Source: Blasia pusilla
Taxonomy: Eukaryota
Assembly: GCA_050084515.1 (NCBI GenBank)
Contig: CM114271.1
Span: forward strand, 15,128,001-15,192,000
Reading direction: 5' to 3'
DNA length: 64,000 nucleotides
Shown: in pieces, positions 42,700-55,098 of the stretch
How the letters are laid out: every line of letters begins with the position of its first letter
Numbering within the stretch: position 1 is the stretch's first letter
Translations under genes and position numbers: made by a program
Notes under the pieces: model-generated
Databases searched by the model: none
What the model was told of the DNA's origin: nothing
What the model saw: only the letters and a program-made list of their open reading frames with translations

Positions 42700-43200
42700 C
42701 CGACTCGCGCTCGAGGTTCTCGTTCTTCGTCGACTCGCGCTCGAGGTTCTTCGTGTTCTCGTTCTTCGTCTCTCGTTTGCTCGAGGTTCTTCGTGTTCTT
42801 GTTCTTTGTCTCTCGTTCGCTCGAGGTTCTTCGTGTTCTCGTTCTTCGTCTCGCGCTCGAGGTTCTTCGTGTTCTCGTTCTTCGGGTTCTGTTCTTCGGG
42901 TTCTGTTCTTCGGGTTCTCGTTCTGCTCGTTCTGTTCTTCGTGTTCTCGGGTTCTCGTTCTGCTCGTTCTGCTCGTTCTGTTCTTCGGGTGCTCGTAATC
43001 TTCTTCGTGGTGCTCGTTAATCTTCTTCGTGTTCTTTGTTGTTCTTCAATTGAGCTATTGAGGTTCGTTCGCGTTTCGCTGTTCTATCAATTGAGCTATC
43101 AATTGAGGTTCTCGTTCTAGTCGTTCTTCGTGTTCTCGTTCGTGTTGTTGTCGTGGCTTCCGGGTCTTGTTCTTCATGGCTTCCGGGTCTTGTTCGGAAA
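42700..43200. repeat. Subterminal low-complexity tandem repeats (CTCGAGGTTCTTCGTGTTCTCGTTCTTCGTC- and GTTCTGCTC-type) inside the MULE
   Basis: Directly visible; A-poor and CpG-rich on the + strand. Confidence 0.85.
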
Positions 43201-45738
43201 TCTTTCGCTCCCCTGTGCTCCGCAGCTTTTGCGAGCCTCAGCAGCGCCCTTCCCTCACTTAAGTGAGACCGGGTCTTGTTCTTGACGGCTTCCGCTCACC
43301 TCTGCTCCGCAACTTTCACGAGTCTCAGCTGGTCCTCAGCCAGGACTCGTAGCGTGTATTCCTGAACTAACGACTCCGCCGTTCGGTTCGATCGGGCCAT
43401 GACAGCGCCAGCGTTCGGGTTATATATCGACACATTGTGCGTCTAAAAGGTCACCTCTGCTCGGCGCTCCTTTACTCACGCCTGCTCCATATCTCTGCTG
43501 ACCTCTGCTCGGCTGCTCGGCTGCTCGGCTCTCCTTCACTTACCTCTGGTGAGTGAGTGCTCTCTCCGTTCGCCCACCCCGCCGACTTCTCTCTCTCTGC
43601 TCTTGTTAGGCTTACGTGTGGGCGATTGATTCAAAGTTTACTTATATAGTCCGACCTCTTAAAGTAGGGATTCAACAAAGCTTCGCTCAAACCATAAACT
43701 TGGAACCCTCAATATCTGGAGTGAAGTGCATAAACAGAGAGCAGAAACCCATGAGGTCACAAATTCTGATGGTCTTCATCCTAAAATCCGCTCTTCTTGC
43801 CGGCACTAGAATGAGTGGAATCACATCAGTTTGGCAGAGTTTTGGCATTCGTCAACGTGAACAGTACTACTACTATCTACCAATTTCACATCTATGGACG
43901 ACACTAATGTGTCGAGTTTGCTCCCAGGAGTTTCACCTGCAAGAAAATACACACAGCTTTCCTATCAGCACATAAACCCGAACTTCGCATTAACCCCACA
44001 CTTTGTCGAGCGTAATTCGAAATTGGGCCTTTAGCCCAGTGAAGCTTCGAGCTCCCATGATAGCGTCACATTTCAATTTCCAGCATTCTGGGTAGTGACT
44101 GGGTTACACTTACTTGCAAGACCAACCCCAAGTACTAAGTCGCCAATTCCGAGCGTAATGGAATTTCTTTGTAGTTCTGTCGTTCACTTGCGACCACCGG
44201 AACTATCCATGGACTCCATGGCAACGTGGAGAAAGGCATTGGCCCTGCATTTCCCACGCGTGTGTTACAAAGACTCTGCGCGCCGCCCTGCCGAAGAGCT
44301 ATGTCGAAAATGTTGAGGTAAAACTTGACCTTGTCGGCGGGGGGGTGTCTTTGGGAGCGATCGAAAGACTGATGACATCCACCCCATCTTGGGCCGCCTG
44401 AGAAATTTCAGAAATCCATGACGTTAGATGAATTGTCAAAGGTTGGATGTGTTTGTAGACCACAATGAGCCAGAATCAGGATATTCATGAGTAGTCAAAT
44501 TCTCTCAAGTAAATTGGGATCTTACAAAAACGAGCATGAACGTATCATGGTTGAAGTGCGCGGACTATCAAAGATGTGGAAGCTGCAAATCTACCCTCCC
44601 GTCCCATCCGTCTTCCGTCAGTTCGGCTGTAAGACCATCTATTCCACTTTCGATCACCGGGTACCTGTGCCTTGTACATGTTGAAACAATGAGAATTCAA
44701 TGGGACTCCAGAACAGTTTCACCACATAATTTATGACTCTGAGGTCTGATCTGGATTACCATGTGTTTCATATGAAGTTGACCATTGCTTGCTAGTGTCG
44801 AACTTGTTTGCTTTGGTCTTAGACCCAGTTTCCATACTCTTTTACTAGTTAAATTTGTTGAAGCTCATTGAAGTAATTGTCTTGGTTTCAATGTTCTGAC
44901 AAGGAGGGTTTCCATACAAATTTCCAACACGTAACTATGGGCTTATATATATTTAGGCATGCTGCATCCTTTGTATATGTGGAAGTCACTTGCTTAGTCA
45001 TTCTGATTTGCTAGCAGGTAAATCCGCCCCACCTCAATTGATAGCTTGTACCATGAAAGCGTTCAGTAATTGTGCTAAGCCTTTTTATATTTAGATTGGA
45101 TATAGACAGCATCTTGTGATGGCAAGTGTCATCATGAAATGTTTAAGCTCAATCAGGACTCGTTTGGAAGATAGTGTTGGGTAAAGGTGTAGGCTGCTAT
45201 TAACTTCAAGTCCATTCTTAGGCGTGCTTATGTGTGCGCAGTTGATTAAAAGTTTAGTTATTTAATCGGACATCTAAATCCAAGTGTGTCGGGAGCGAGG
45301 TATAGCTACCACTTTTGTTGTTTTCAATCCAACAGTGGTTGGAAGTTTCTATCCCTCCTGATTATTGTGGGTTGTGGATATGTTTGAGTGTGCTGGGATT
45401 CTACAGGCTTTTGCTCAGAATAAAGGCAAACAGAATTTGCCTAGACATTCTGATGTGCTAGCAGATAAATGATCCTACCATTCTAGCATTAAAGTCACTC
45501 TGATTTGCTAGCAGGAAAACAAATTCGGCAGGTAAATGAGCTACCCTCCCTTCCTTCCATCCGTCAACACGCTTTGCTTTGCTTATGCTCGAGCATCGAG
45601 ACTCGAGAGACGATGGATCTATTCCACGAAACATCATCTCTGGGCAGTATTTTTGTGACATGATTCTTCTTGAATTTTGTCTTATTTCAAGGGTTCTAGA
45701 ATGTTGTTGAATTCTGCTTGTCTCTGATGTTGTGTAGG

Positions 45739-48700
45739 GTTGAAGGTCATCAGTAACATTGCAAATCCGCCATCGACAGTTACGTATTTTGAGGCAGTAG
45801 GGGAGGTAGGTTTAAAGCCACCAAGGATCAACACATTAGGCCCATATCGGGTCAGCCGATGTTTTTACATGCCAAGGGGTTGCGGTTGTTGGGAATTCAG
45901 GTTAACAAACCTGAAAACATTACTGGTCTTCTATCAGGGAACCAGGGCAATCTTCAAACATGGGTCAGCCCCATAGTACATAGCAGTTCTAGTTCAGATT
46001 TGTTTCTAGGGTATATTGTGTGCAAGCGCTTGCATCCTCACTCCATATTGTATTTGGATGAGTGGATTGTCTTAGGGTTTCCGTTGGAAACTTATAAGTG
46101 TCTAGAACAGGCACCGACACATGCTGGATTTAATGTTGCATTCTCACCCAAGGCCCGGTTGGTGGGGGACCATGTATGGTTAGACTCTTACTTCCAGAAG
46201 AAGGGACAGACTGAATTTCTAGTGGTGGAAAACCAGGAGGTAAGATGAATGTTGTCTGAATTAAGGACATTAAACATTTGATGGGGGCATCCAAACAGAA
46301 CATGCTTGCCAAGATTGTTTGTACAATCCGGTTAAAGAGGAGAGTGTCCACCTCTGAGGAGAAGGACCCTGTTCCTTGGGTTATCGGAGTTACTCCTAAA
46401 ACTATCTACCTTATCGACCAGACTGATGTGGATGACAAAGCACTGATTGGGAATGAGCACATTTCAGATTTGTCCAAAATCTTGAGTTCCATGACCCTTC
46501 TGAATTTATCCCGTGTATTCCTCGGAACCTTATTTCTTCTGGAATTGTTTGTTTTACGGAGTTTAGCGTGATTACATTTGCGGTATTTACATGGTACACC
46601 TGAATTCCTCATGCATGTATGTTGTTCCCGTTGGCAAGGCTAACCAATTCGAGTCTTTTGTCGTCTTGTGTTTGGCGGGTAGTTGGGGCTCCTCAAGACC
46701 TTGACCACGTGGGCCATGTTAGGTTTAGGGTAGAAGTAGGTTTTCTTATGTTTGTGTCCTTCACACATTTACATATTTTGGATTCTTTGGGATGTTCATC
46801 TGATTCTTAGTGTGTCTATATGAAGTAGAAATTTGTCAACTTTTCAGATATAGATGACCGGTGACAACCAGAAATCTGCTTTTGGCTAAAGTATTATAGC
46901 CAAAACCAGAATTTTCTGGGATGGAATTTGAGGATATGTATCCTACAAATTTCGGTAGGAGCTTGGGGTATGGATGCGAGAGGAATTATGTATCTACATT
47001 CTAGATACAGAATTCTAGCTTACATTTTTTGCTTTCATTTTTAGAAGTAAGTTTTTAAATTCCATCTTTGCATTCCGACTTTAAATTCTAGCTATGCTTG
47101 TATCTGTTGGTGTGTTTACATGTGAGTGAGAACTCGTTGTGGATACACTCCAGGTTGAAGCCCAACCAGCAAACATGTTTGCTGCATTTAGGGGCAAGAG
47201 TGTAGGTCCTCCAGAGAAACCAGCCGCACAAACCTCTCTTTGGCGGGACCCGGTCGAGTGGGTTCATTATTGCTACTCAAAGGAGCATAAGCAATTCATG
47301 TGCCTGTGCTCCAAGTGCATCGAGTACTTTCGTGGGCCAGAAACTTTTAACTCGCACATTGAATCACATTGGTTGAGGCCGGTGCCTGGAACACCAAGGG
47401 CGAGTGGTAAGAAGAAGGTGGAAGCAGACTATGACCGAGACGACATGGAGGATGAAGATGATGGTAGGGGTGTAGGACTTCTTCTTCTTCATACGCAGTT
47501 AGTGAGATGGTAGCAATGTTTGGTGTATGTGCTCTATGATCCTCAAGACTTCATTCATTTATGTTCCAAAATTGTGCAGGGAACTAGGCTACCCCATCTG
47601 CAGCCAACTTGCGTCTGCGAGGCACCGCAAAGAACGCTGAGCTCATCATGAGAGAAAATAGAAGAAGGCTGTTGTGTTCGAGAAAGCGAAGGAGCATTCG
47701 AAACGGGCAGCGGACCCGTTTGTACCTATGCCCATTTTGCCAGATCTTTTGATTGCTTTTGAGGGCTATAGGGACGAAGAACACGGTCATATCTCATGGG
47801 CAGGTTTAGCTAGGATACACGAGTATGAGAAGGTCCGAGAGGAGCTAGAGGGTGCCCTTGTGTGCCCTATCACCACTTTGTCGAGGGGATGGATTGAGTC
47901 GGCCGCCCGGCTTCTCCTACTACTATCCCTGTAGATAGAGGTCAGCGTTCCACCCATTGGAGATGCATGGCCGCTTTCCATCATCTAGCCGCATGATGTG
48001 GATCATGGACAAACAGAACCGTATCGATGGGATGTTGGAGCCGAAACTAGGCAAAGACATCAGGTTGAAAATTCCTGCATGTTCTAGATGAAATGCGCCG
48101 AGCACAAAGGCATGCATGGTACATCGGTGAGGAGTACTACCTCCCACGCTTCAAGTTTAACTACAAGATCTGGAAAGAGAAGAGTAAACCTAGCATTCTT
48201 GCCAAGTTCGGGGACAAAGTTTCTCGCATGTATGTGGATGGGGTCGGCTGCTCCCTTGCTGATGCGGTTGTCGGGTATAGTCTTTGCTTCATTTCATGCA
48301 AATTTCTCAGTATGAATTGTTGAAGAGTTGTGAGTTCATGATTTCCCATTGTATCCCTTGTGATTCCGCATTGTCTCTAACAACTTGTAGATGTGCGGGG
48401 TGGCTGGATGTGGAAATCATAGATTCCAGTGACTCGACTCGGATGGTACACATCTCCCAAGTCCCCAACCCACCACACATAGTACCGGGCACCATGTGAT
48501 ACAGGAGGAGCAGGCGCCAAGCGAGGGTGGTGAGGAGGGTATTGCGGGAGATCATGTCAACCAGAGTGAGGAGGACACTGTTTTGATTCAGATGCGGAGG
48601 AGACCAGTGACGCTTCGGACACGTAACGTGCGTGGTGAGAAGGTGCAGAAGCGAGGTAAGGGTGCGGTAGGATCTCGGAAATCCCGCCGGCTGAACCCGG

Positions 48701-49925
48701 AAGTTGACATGGAAGTGGGTGAATCTAGCCCGGTCATGGATAGTCATGGGCCAGGTGATGATGAAGGCCCAATTAAAGACTCGCATACCCCCGATGAAGT
48801 GGTCTTGCAGGCGGATCCACAAATCAAGGAAAGAGCACCCAAGGGCATGACTAAAGAAGAAAAAGTCCGAAACAGGAGGATGATGATGGCTTCACAACAA
48901 GTGTCTTGCATTTCGCTCATTTCGCCGATGACATTGTTTTATTGTATGTCTTGGACCATCTCGTAATTGTGCTTGTGTTGATATGTTGTAATGTGTTGAG
49001 AACCTGCAGATGGGACTCGAAGGACCGGGGCACAAGCCATGAAGACCCTTTGGTCTTTTACCTTCACAGGACGGTATTGAAGGGGTTAATCTTTGACCAA
49101 TTTCAGGCCACACCTTTACCCGAGTTCTCAGACTCCAAAGATTGCGGCCTCTAGATGGGATGTCTTCAAGTCCTTGACCACCACGGGTGATCACATTTTG
49201 GTGAGTGTGTAGATGCATCATGCTATTTTCTTGTTATGATTATCCTTTCATCTGGTCCTTGGCATTTAATCTCTCCGACTGTGTGTGAACTTTCATTGCA
49301 GAGAGGTTCTTTGTCATACTTTTTGATGTGTTTCTCGGCGATTATGACGACATACCTTTGGACCACTTGCAGGTAATGTGTCCCTTCTCTCTTTGGTCTT
49401 ACTTTCCCTGGTGTCAATTCTTTACAAATGTGTTGTGTATATGACAGTTACTACTATCTAAACATGCTTCTGTAGCGTATGTGTGTGCAGGTGACTTTCT
49501 GCAGAAATTTTCAAGCATTTTGGCGGGAGTTCATATCATCATATTTTGCGGATGTTTAGGACTTAGTTCATGATCAGGGCGATTCCTTAGAGTAAGTATA
49601 GGAGAGTACCTACCTGGCACGTAGGCTCTGAAGTTCTGTCTTTCTGCTTTGGACAAACCAGAAACGGGCAGATTTCTCTTCTTAATGTATGGCCTTATGG
49701 TTCATGAATCTGAGTAAGTATAGGAGAGTACCTACCTGGCACGTAGGCTCTGAAGTTTTGTCTTTCTGCTTTGGACAAACCAGAAACGGGCAGATTTTTG
49801 TTCTTAATGTATGGCCTTATGGTTCTTCTATTTTGTGCAGGTGCAATGCAGGCCGTTTGGTGTTGTGCTTCTGGGGCACATTTTCCCTTACCATTTTCTG
49901 TGTTATGAAGGTCTATCCAAGAAGG
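45739..49925 (+). pseudogene. Decayed multi-exon cargo/accessory gene of unknown family inside the MULE, convergent with the transposase
   Basis: Coding-like blocks bounded by AG/GT sites: 45739-46239, ~47150-47470 (C2H2-like FMCLCSKCIEYFRGPETFNSHIESHW plus an acidic stretch), 47580-48280, ~48390-48900, 49010-49200, 49300-49372, 49490-49591 and 49841-49925. Interrupted mainly by TAG/TGA stops and frameshifts. The 5' end may extend to ~43600. Confidence 0.5.
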
Positions 49926-51163
49926 TTAGGTTACCTTAGTTGGGCTATAGGTCATGGTCTGCTGAACTATTGTGGATGAAATGGTATGGACCAAAAGGAT
50001 ACCATTGTCAATCAAATTAATCATACAACTTGTAGAGCTATTCTTGATCTTTGTCCCTAAGTTTGTACTCTTGAATGATACCTTAACAAATTCCTCCTTA
50101 CCTTATTCCGATGTGTCTTACATGTTATGAATGATCACATGTGCTTCCACCTGTAATTGGTGGTAAACTTTGTAATCCTGTGAGGATCAATGTTTTGTCC
50201 CACGCTTGTCGATTCCTGAATTTCCAAGAAAGTAAAGCACTCATGTGTAATCACCTCATGAATAGATAGAGTCCATGACACCCTGTTCAAAAATAAAAGA
50301 CAAATGGTGAAACACTCGAGAGCAAATACAAGTTTAGTGATCGAAATGCAAAGGATGACACGAAAAATGTATGAAATGAAATGTGGGTGTTCATTCATGA
50401 ACACCTCAAAGGCTGTGTTTCAAGGGCATTTGCTTCATATATCGGACAATCAATTCTAGCCTTCTTGTTGCGTATCCCCCAGTCGTCAATCCACTGTGAC
50501 AATCTCGGTTAGATACAATTTTAATCAAGCCCTAATTAGGGGAAGGTCACCTCACACCGCTAAATGTTTACGAAGAGGCACGACCCTCAGGGGTAGGGTT
50601 CATGGGCCTTCTGAGGTGTTTTTTTTTTTAGTTACGACTATAGAAGTAGTCAAAACTATATTACAGAAGTTCTCTAAAATTGACACAAGCGTGTGGCGGT
50701 GTGGACATGACCCTAAACGCGAAGCGCACGATGTTGCGGACGTGGTTCGGGTTCAAACATACCTCGTACGTTTACTACATCCATAGAAAACCGATTGTGG
50801 TAATTACTAAGGTTTGGATGCTTGAATATTAATTGAATTGGGTTCGAATACAACTATTACTATACAAAACCGTGAAGACAAGTTACTATGGTTCGCAATA
50901 TGGCCTACACGATGGTTACTATCGTTTGGATGCTTGCTTAAAAACAGAACATGATTGCTCGCCGTACATGAAAATGGGACATGGTGGACATGAACATGAG
51001 AAGGGAACACATTTCTCCTGCGTAAACATCCGGTATATAAAAAATACTTTTTTTTTAACACCACATTTCTTGTGTTGTGTGCTAATATGTGAAATTCCGA
51101 AATGCTTCATGAATCATGAATCTAGGAATCATGTACTACATACAAATTATCGGGTCTTCTTGA

Positions 51164-54100
51164 CTACTCATCCGTTTGACTACCCTCCGCAACATATCGC
51201 TCTTCATCCAACAGACTATCAAGTATGACATCTGCAGTGGTTCTCTTTGTAGTAGTGCTGATTTTGTAGTTCTTATGTGGCCTTGTATCAACCAGAGGCC
51301 ATTTTGATTGTTGAGTATTCTCCTTAGTTGCCTCGCTATCATATTGGCTCACGATAGCGTCCAAATCAAGATGATTACATGCATCTGCTTCCAATTCCGC
51401 CTCCATGTTCTGATATTTTGATCGTTTCACTCTGGGAAAGGACTCCACCTGATTCATTGTTGCTTGGGGTTGATTCTTCCGTGTGGAACGTGTGGAATGT
51501 GAATTCCTTCTCTGATGCATCCGCTCAAACCAACCCATCCGCCGACGCAGCCGACGATCTTGAGAATTGCCTCCAACAAAGGGTTCAGGGAAGTATTGTC
51601 CAATGTTCATTACATTTTTTGGAAGTTCTGTGTTCGTCTCTATCCGCGCCTTCAGGTTCAGAAGTGAGTCCATATCCTTCTGCAAAAAAACATACAAATG
51701 TTCAAGAAGAACACTGCAGAATGGGACTCCAATGGTTGTGGCCAAGAATTTTTCCACCATCTCTCGAACATCTTCCTGAGTTGTTGCTTGTGATACAACT
51801 GTAGGAGTAGTAGCTTGCACCTCTTTTGGATAACCAACACCGTAAGACAAGTCTGATTCCACTGGTGTGTCTCCATGTTGCTCTTGTGCATGCCTTTGCA
51901 CCATGTTTTCCAACCCACCAGCTTTGCTACCAAAACGTGTGCCAAGGAAAGACAACAACTCTACTTCAGAGTGCCCACTCAACAGTAAGCACTTCACCTG
52001 ATACAATTAAAAAAGTCTCAGTAGGCTGCATGTAAAATCCTCGTACATCTAGTGCAGGAATAAGACATACTTAATACATAGGACTGTTTGATTTCAGGTG
52101 GGACTATAGCTTGGTCACCAAATTTGGGGTGCAAGAAACACACCTGATGTTTGCACGTGAATCCTTCATTGGCACGAGAGTATGTACAAGCAACATCTTT
52201 CTTGTCGTAGTCAACCACATCATGCCAATAGTCGGGCTTGGAGCAACTCTTCACCATTGCGCATTTCCTCCCATCTACCAATTGAAATGTGAAATGTGAA
52301 TGACTTTCTGGATTGCCTTGGAAAATCCATTTCAAAAATCCCAAAAGAAATCTTCTATTTCCCCGCATAAGATCTGCACAAGCCATATGAACTTCCTGGT
52401 GGGTTTTGTAGGCACGCTAGAAGTGAGATGCATCTTTAGAGTGTGGTGCCACCTTTCTATCGCGGCATTTGTATCTTGATTGGATCTTGCATGCTTACGA
52501 TAGCCCTTTGCCCAAGTAACAATCTTAGGATGCCAATAGTTTAAATAGTATTTCACAAAGTGACGTTCAGTTGCAGCCCACTTGCGCATGAAACGATACG
52601 AGACATCCACAGGATTTGGGACAGGCAACCATTGCTTAATTAATATGAACCCTACTCCCACAATGGACATAGCTGAGAAACAATGAAACCAACTACTATT
52701 ATTGACTCACATAGAACATACCTTCTTCACGTGAGTACATGATACCAACCAAGTCCCTGTTCATGTCTACTTTTGTAATTGGACAACGGACTCGTTGGTG
52801 CAATTGCTTTAACCAATTCTTCCTGACATGCCATAGACACAGGTCTATGGGAACATCAGGGAAGACTTCTCTGATTGCAGATTGTTCCTCTTTGGAGTCG
52901 TCAACTATGAAGCATGACGGTTTCCAACCGGGGCTACCAACCGACGCAAAATCTCTTGTCATATATGATATGGGCCAATGCATCCACTAGATCCCGATGT
53001 TGATGCCTCTGTAAAATGGCCCATACTAGAGGTAATCCGTTCTGAAACTTGTCAAAACCCAGGAACGTGAATAGCCGAGCATCTGTGAACATAGAAAAGA
53101 GTGTGTTCAGGAATCCGATTGTTCATGTACATATCTATTAAAGTGAACACAACGTTCCAAATGTTACCATTTCTGCCAGATCGTGCAGCAATTTTCAAAT
53201 GATAGCACGGAAGTAATGTAGCCTATAAACTCCTCTAAGAGAATGACATTACAATTCTGAGAATGTTTGAAATTACCTCATATGTGTTTGTACCATGAGT
53301 GGCATCCATGGAGATGGCTCCACCGTTACCAAGATGCAAAAGATTTTGAAGCATCCAAGGTGTAGAAATGACCAGGATGAAAGGTTGGCCTAAACTTGAA
53401 ATGGCCTCCTTGTAGTGTATGACATTTTCAGGATGAGCTGCAACCCAATGTTGGATTGCAGTGGCGTCATCGGTTCCATCATACCCCCCTTCGCGTCTTC
53501 GCATTGAATGCTTGATATTAAGGATGTCTTGTGGTTTTAACATAGCGTCCCTGCCCCAAGCTTGTGCTTGATTAGGATTATCGAGAATGTGTTCACGAAT
53601 CCATCTCCTATGCTCCTTCATGATATTTAAGGGGCTCACGTTCACTCGCAATAACCGTTCAACAAAATCCCTACAATGAGAACTCAACTTCGGGGCAATA
53701 ATAGCATTCGCAATGTCCAAAGTCCTGTCTAAGTCCCCATGGCATATACAGCCCGCCTTATCGACATGCTTGGAATGCATATGCCTCAACATAGAACACC
53801 TAGGGCGGTCCTTTGAGGTTACAACGGCAAAGTGAAATTGGCATCCACGTCCCTGAGACAGCCCAAGCCGTGTACTTTGGCTTTCTGGCCTACTACCCTT
53901 ACCTCCCTTTGCATGAGTTTGAATCAAAAACCTCGCTTGGCAGAGAGGTCCAGACGGTATTCCTATGATCCTGGGGTCCATATGAACACCAGTATCGAAC
54001 TGTAACATGTATGTTCCCTGATTTGTCGGTATTCCTTTTCCTAAATGTGGTCTGGAAATGTGGTCTTTGTTCTTCACCATGAATGAAGTCTTCAACCCTA

Positions 54101-54228
54101 TCAGAGGGAATCCATGCCTCTTTTCTATTGCCATACCAAATCAAATGCTCGCTCAAAAAAGGACCAGGGAGAGGGTTTTGGATGACATTGCATTCAAATG
54201 CAGCTGAATATTTCTTGAATTTCACCAT
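51164..54228 (-). pseudogene. MULE DDE transposase with SWIM finger, At4g13970/At1g60560-like; frameshifted
   Basis: VIQNPLPGPFLSEHLIW..IPSDRVEDFIHGE..RYWCSYGPQDHR; RGCQFHFAV..KHVDKAGCICHGDLD; PFILVISTPWMLQNLLHLG..SMDATHGTN (D1); LFTFLGFDKFQNGLPLVWAI; WKPSCFIVDDS (D2); LCLWHVRKNW (CxxH); DTNAAIERWHHTLK (E); degenerate SWIM CTYSRANEGFTCKHQ. Frameshifts near 53920, 52960 and 52340. Confidence 0.9.
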
Positions 54229-54859
54229 GGCTATAAGTCGTTTCGAGGATTCAAGTCAGGCTCCAATTAAAGTGCAGACTTCAAGTGCAAAGGCTTAAAG
54301 TGTGACTTCTGTCCCATTCGACAGGCAAGACCGGACAAGATACATAAATGGAACCGAACACCAAAATTATAGTGCACATAATAATAGACATGTTTTCCTG
54401 GATTACGATCTAAGCTTTTATGTATCACCATGGCTGAATGTGTGGCACTGATAGCTACTTACGTGCAAATTGGCAAATGATACTCACGGACGCAAACAAT
54501 CTCTTACATGAAAGTTACGGAGTGGACCCCATCCGCCTAATCTGGCTTGAAATCCGCGGTCCGCAGCTAGCAGCAGTTCGACTTAGAACTTATCAAGCTC
54601 GTAATGAAATGCTAATACGCTGATAATCAGCTAATCACGGTCTCTGCTCTTCCTCGTTCCGTGTTTCTCCTCGCGCGCCCTTCGTATTTCTCGGTTCCGG
54701 GTCTTCCGCTCGTAATCAAATGCTAATCTGCTCGTAATCAAATGCTAATCCCTCCGTGTTCGGTTTCTACCGCTCTTCTCCGTTCGTTCCAAAATGATCG
54801 AATCCCCTAATTCCCGCCCTAATACCCGTCGACAAATTCTGTCATTTGAACTGGACCGA

Positions 54860-55098
54860 ACGTAGTACGGACGGACGCCGTCCGTCCGATTAGCGCCGTC
54901 TCGTTTAGATCCGTCCATCTCCGGACGGCGTCCGTCTCCGAACGCTGTCCTCCCTGTCCTCCGTCGCGACCTCTTTACCCTGCGTCGCGACCTCTCCATC
55001 CCGGGGCTCCCGAACCTGAAACCTAGGCCCGACCCAGCTCGAGGTAGACGCTACCCTAGGCCCCTTGAATGCGATTCCGGGACAAAGTATGGGCTTCG
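54860..55098 (-). repeat. Right terminal inverted repeat of the MULE
   Basis: Reverse complement matches 42376-42680. Confidence 0.9.

Larger units (their letters stand above)
42376..55098. mobile_element. 12.7-kb Mutator-like (MULE) DNA transposon with long TIRs and 8-bp TSD
   Basis: The left end CGAAGGCCATACTTTGTCCCGGAATCGC... (42376) is the inverted copy of ...GCGATTCCGGGACAAAGTATGGGCTTCG (55098). I count 7 mismatches over the outer 138 bp, and similarity continues to ~240-300 bp. Flanked by identical TTAATTGG (42368-42375 and 55099-55106). Contains an internal DDE/SWIM transposase. Confidence 0.93.

Noticed and set aside
42372-43120. ORFs of 208, 75 and 104 aa at the MULE left end
   Set aside because: Arise from the TIR and A-poor tandem repeats that lack stop codons.
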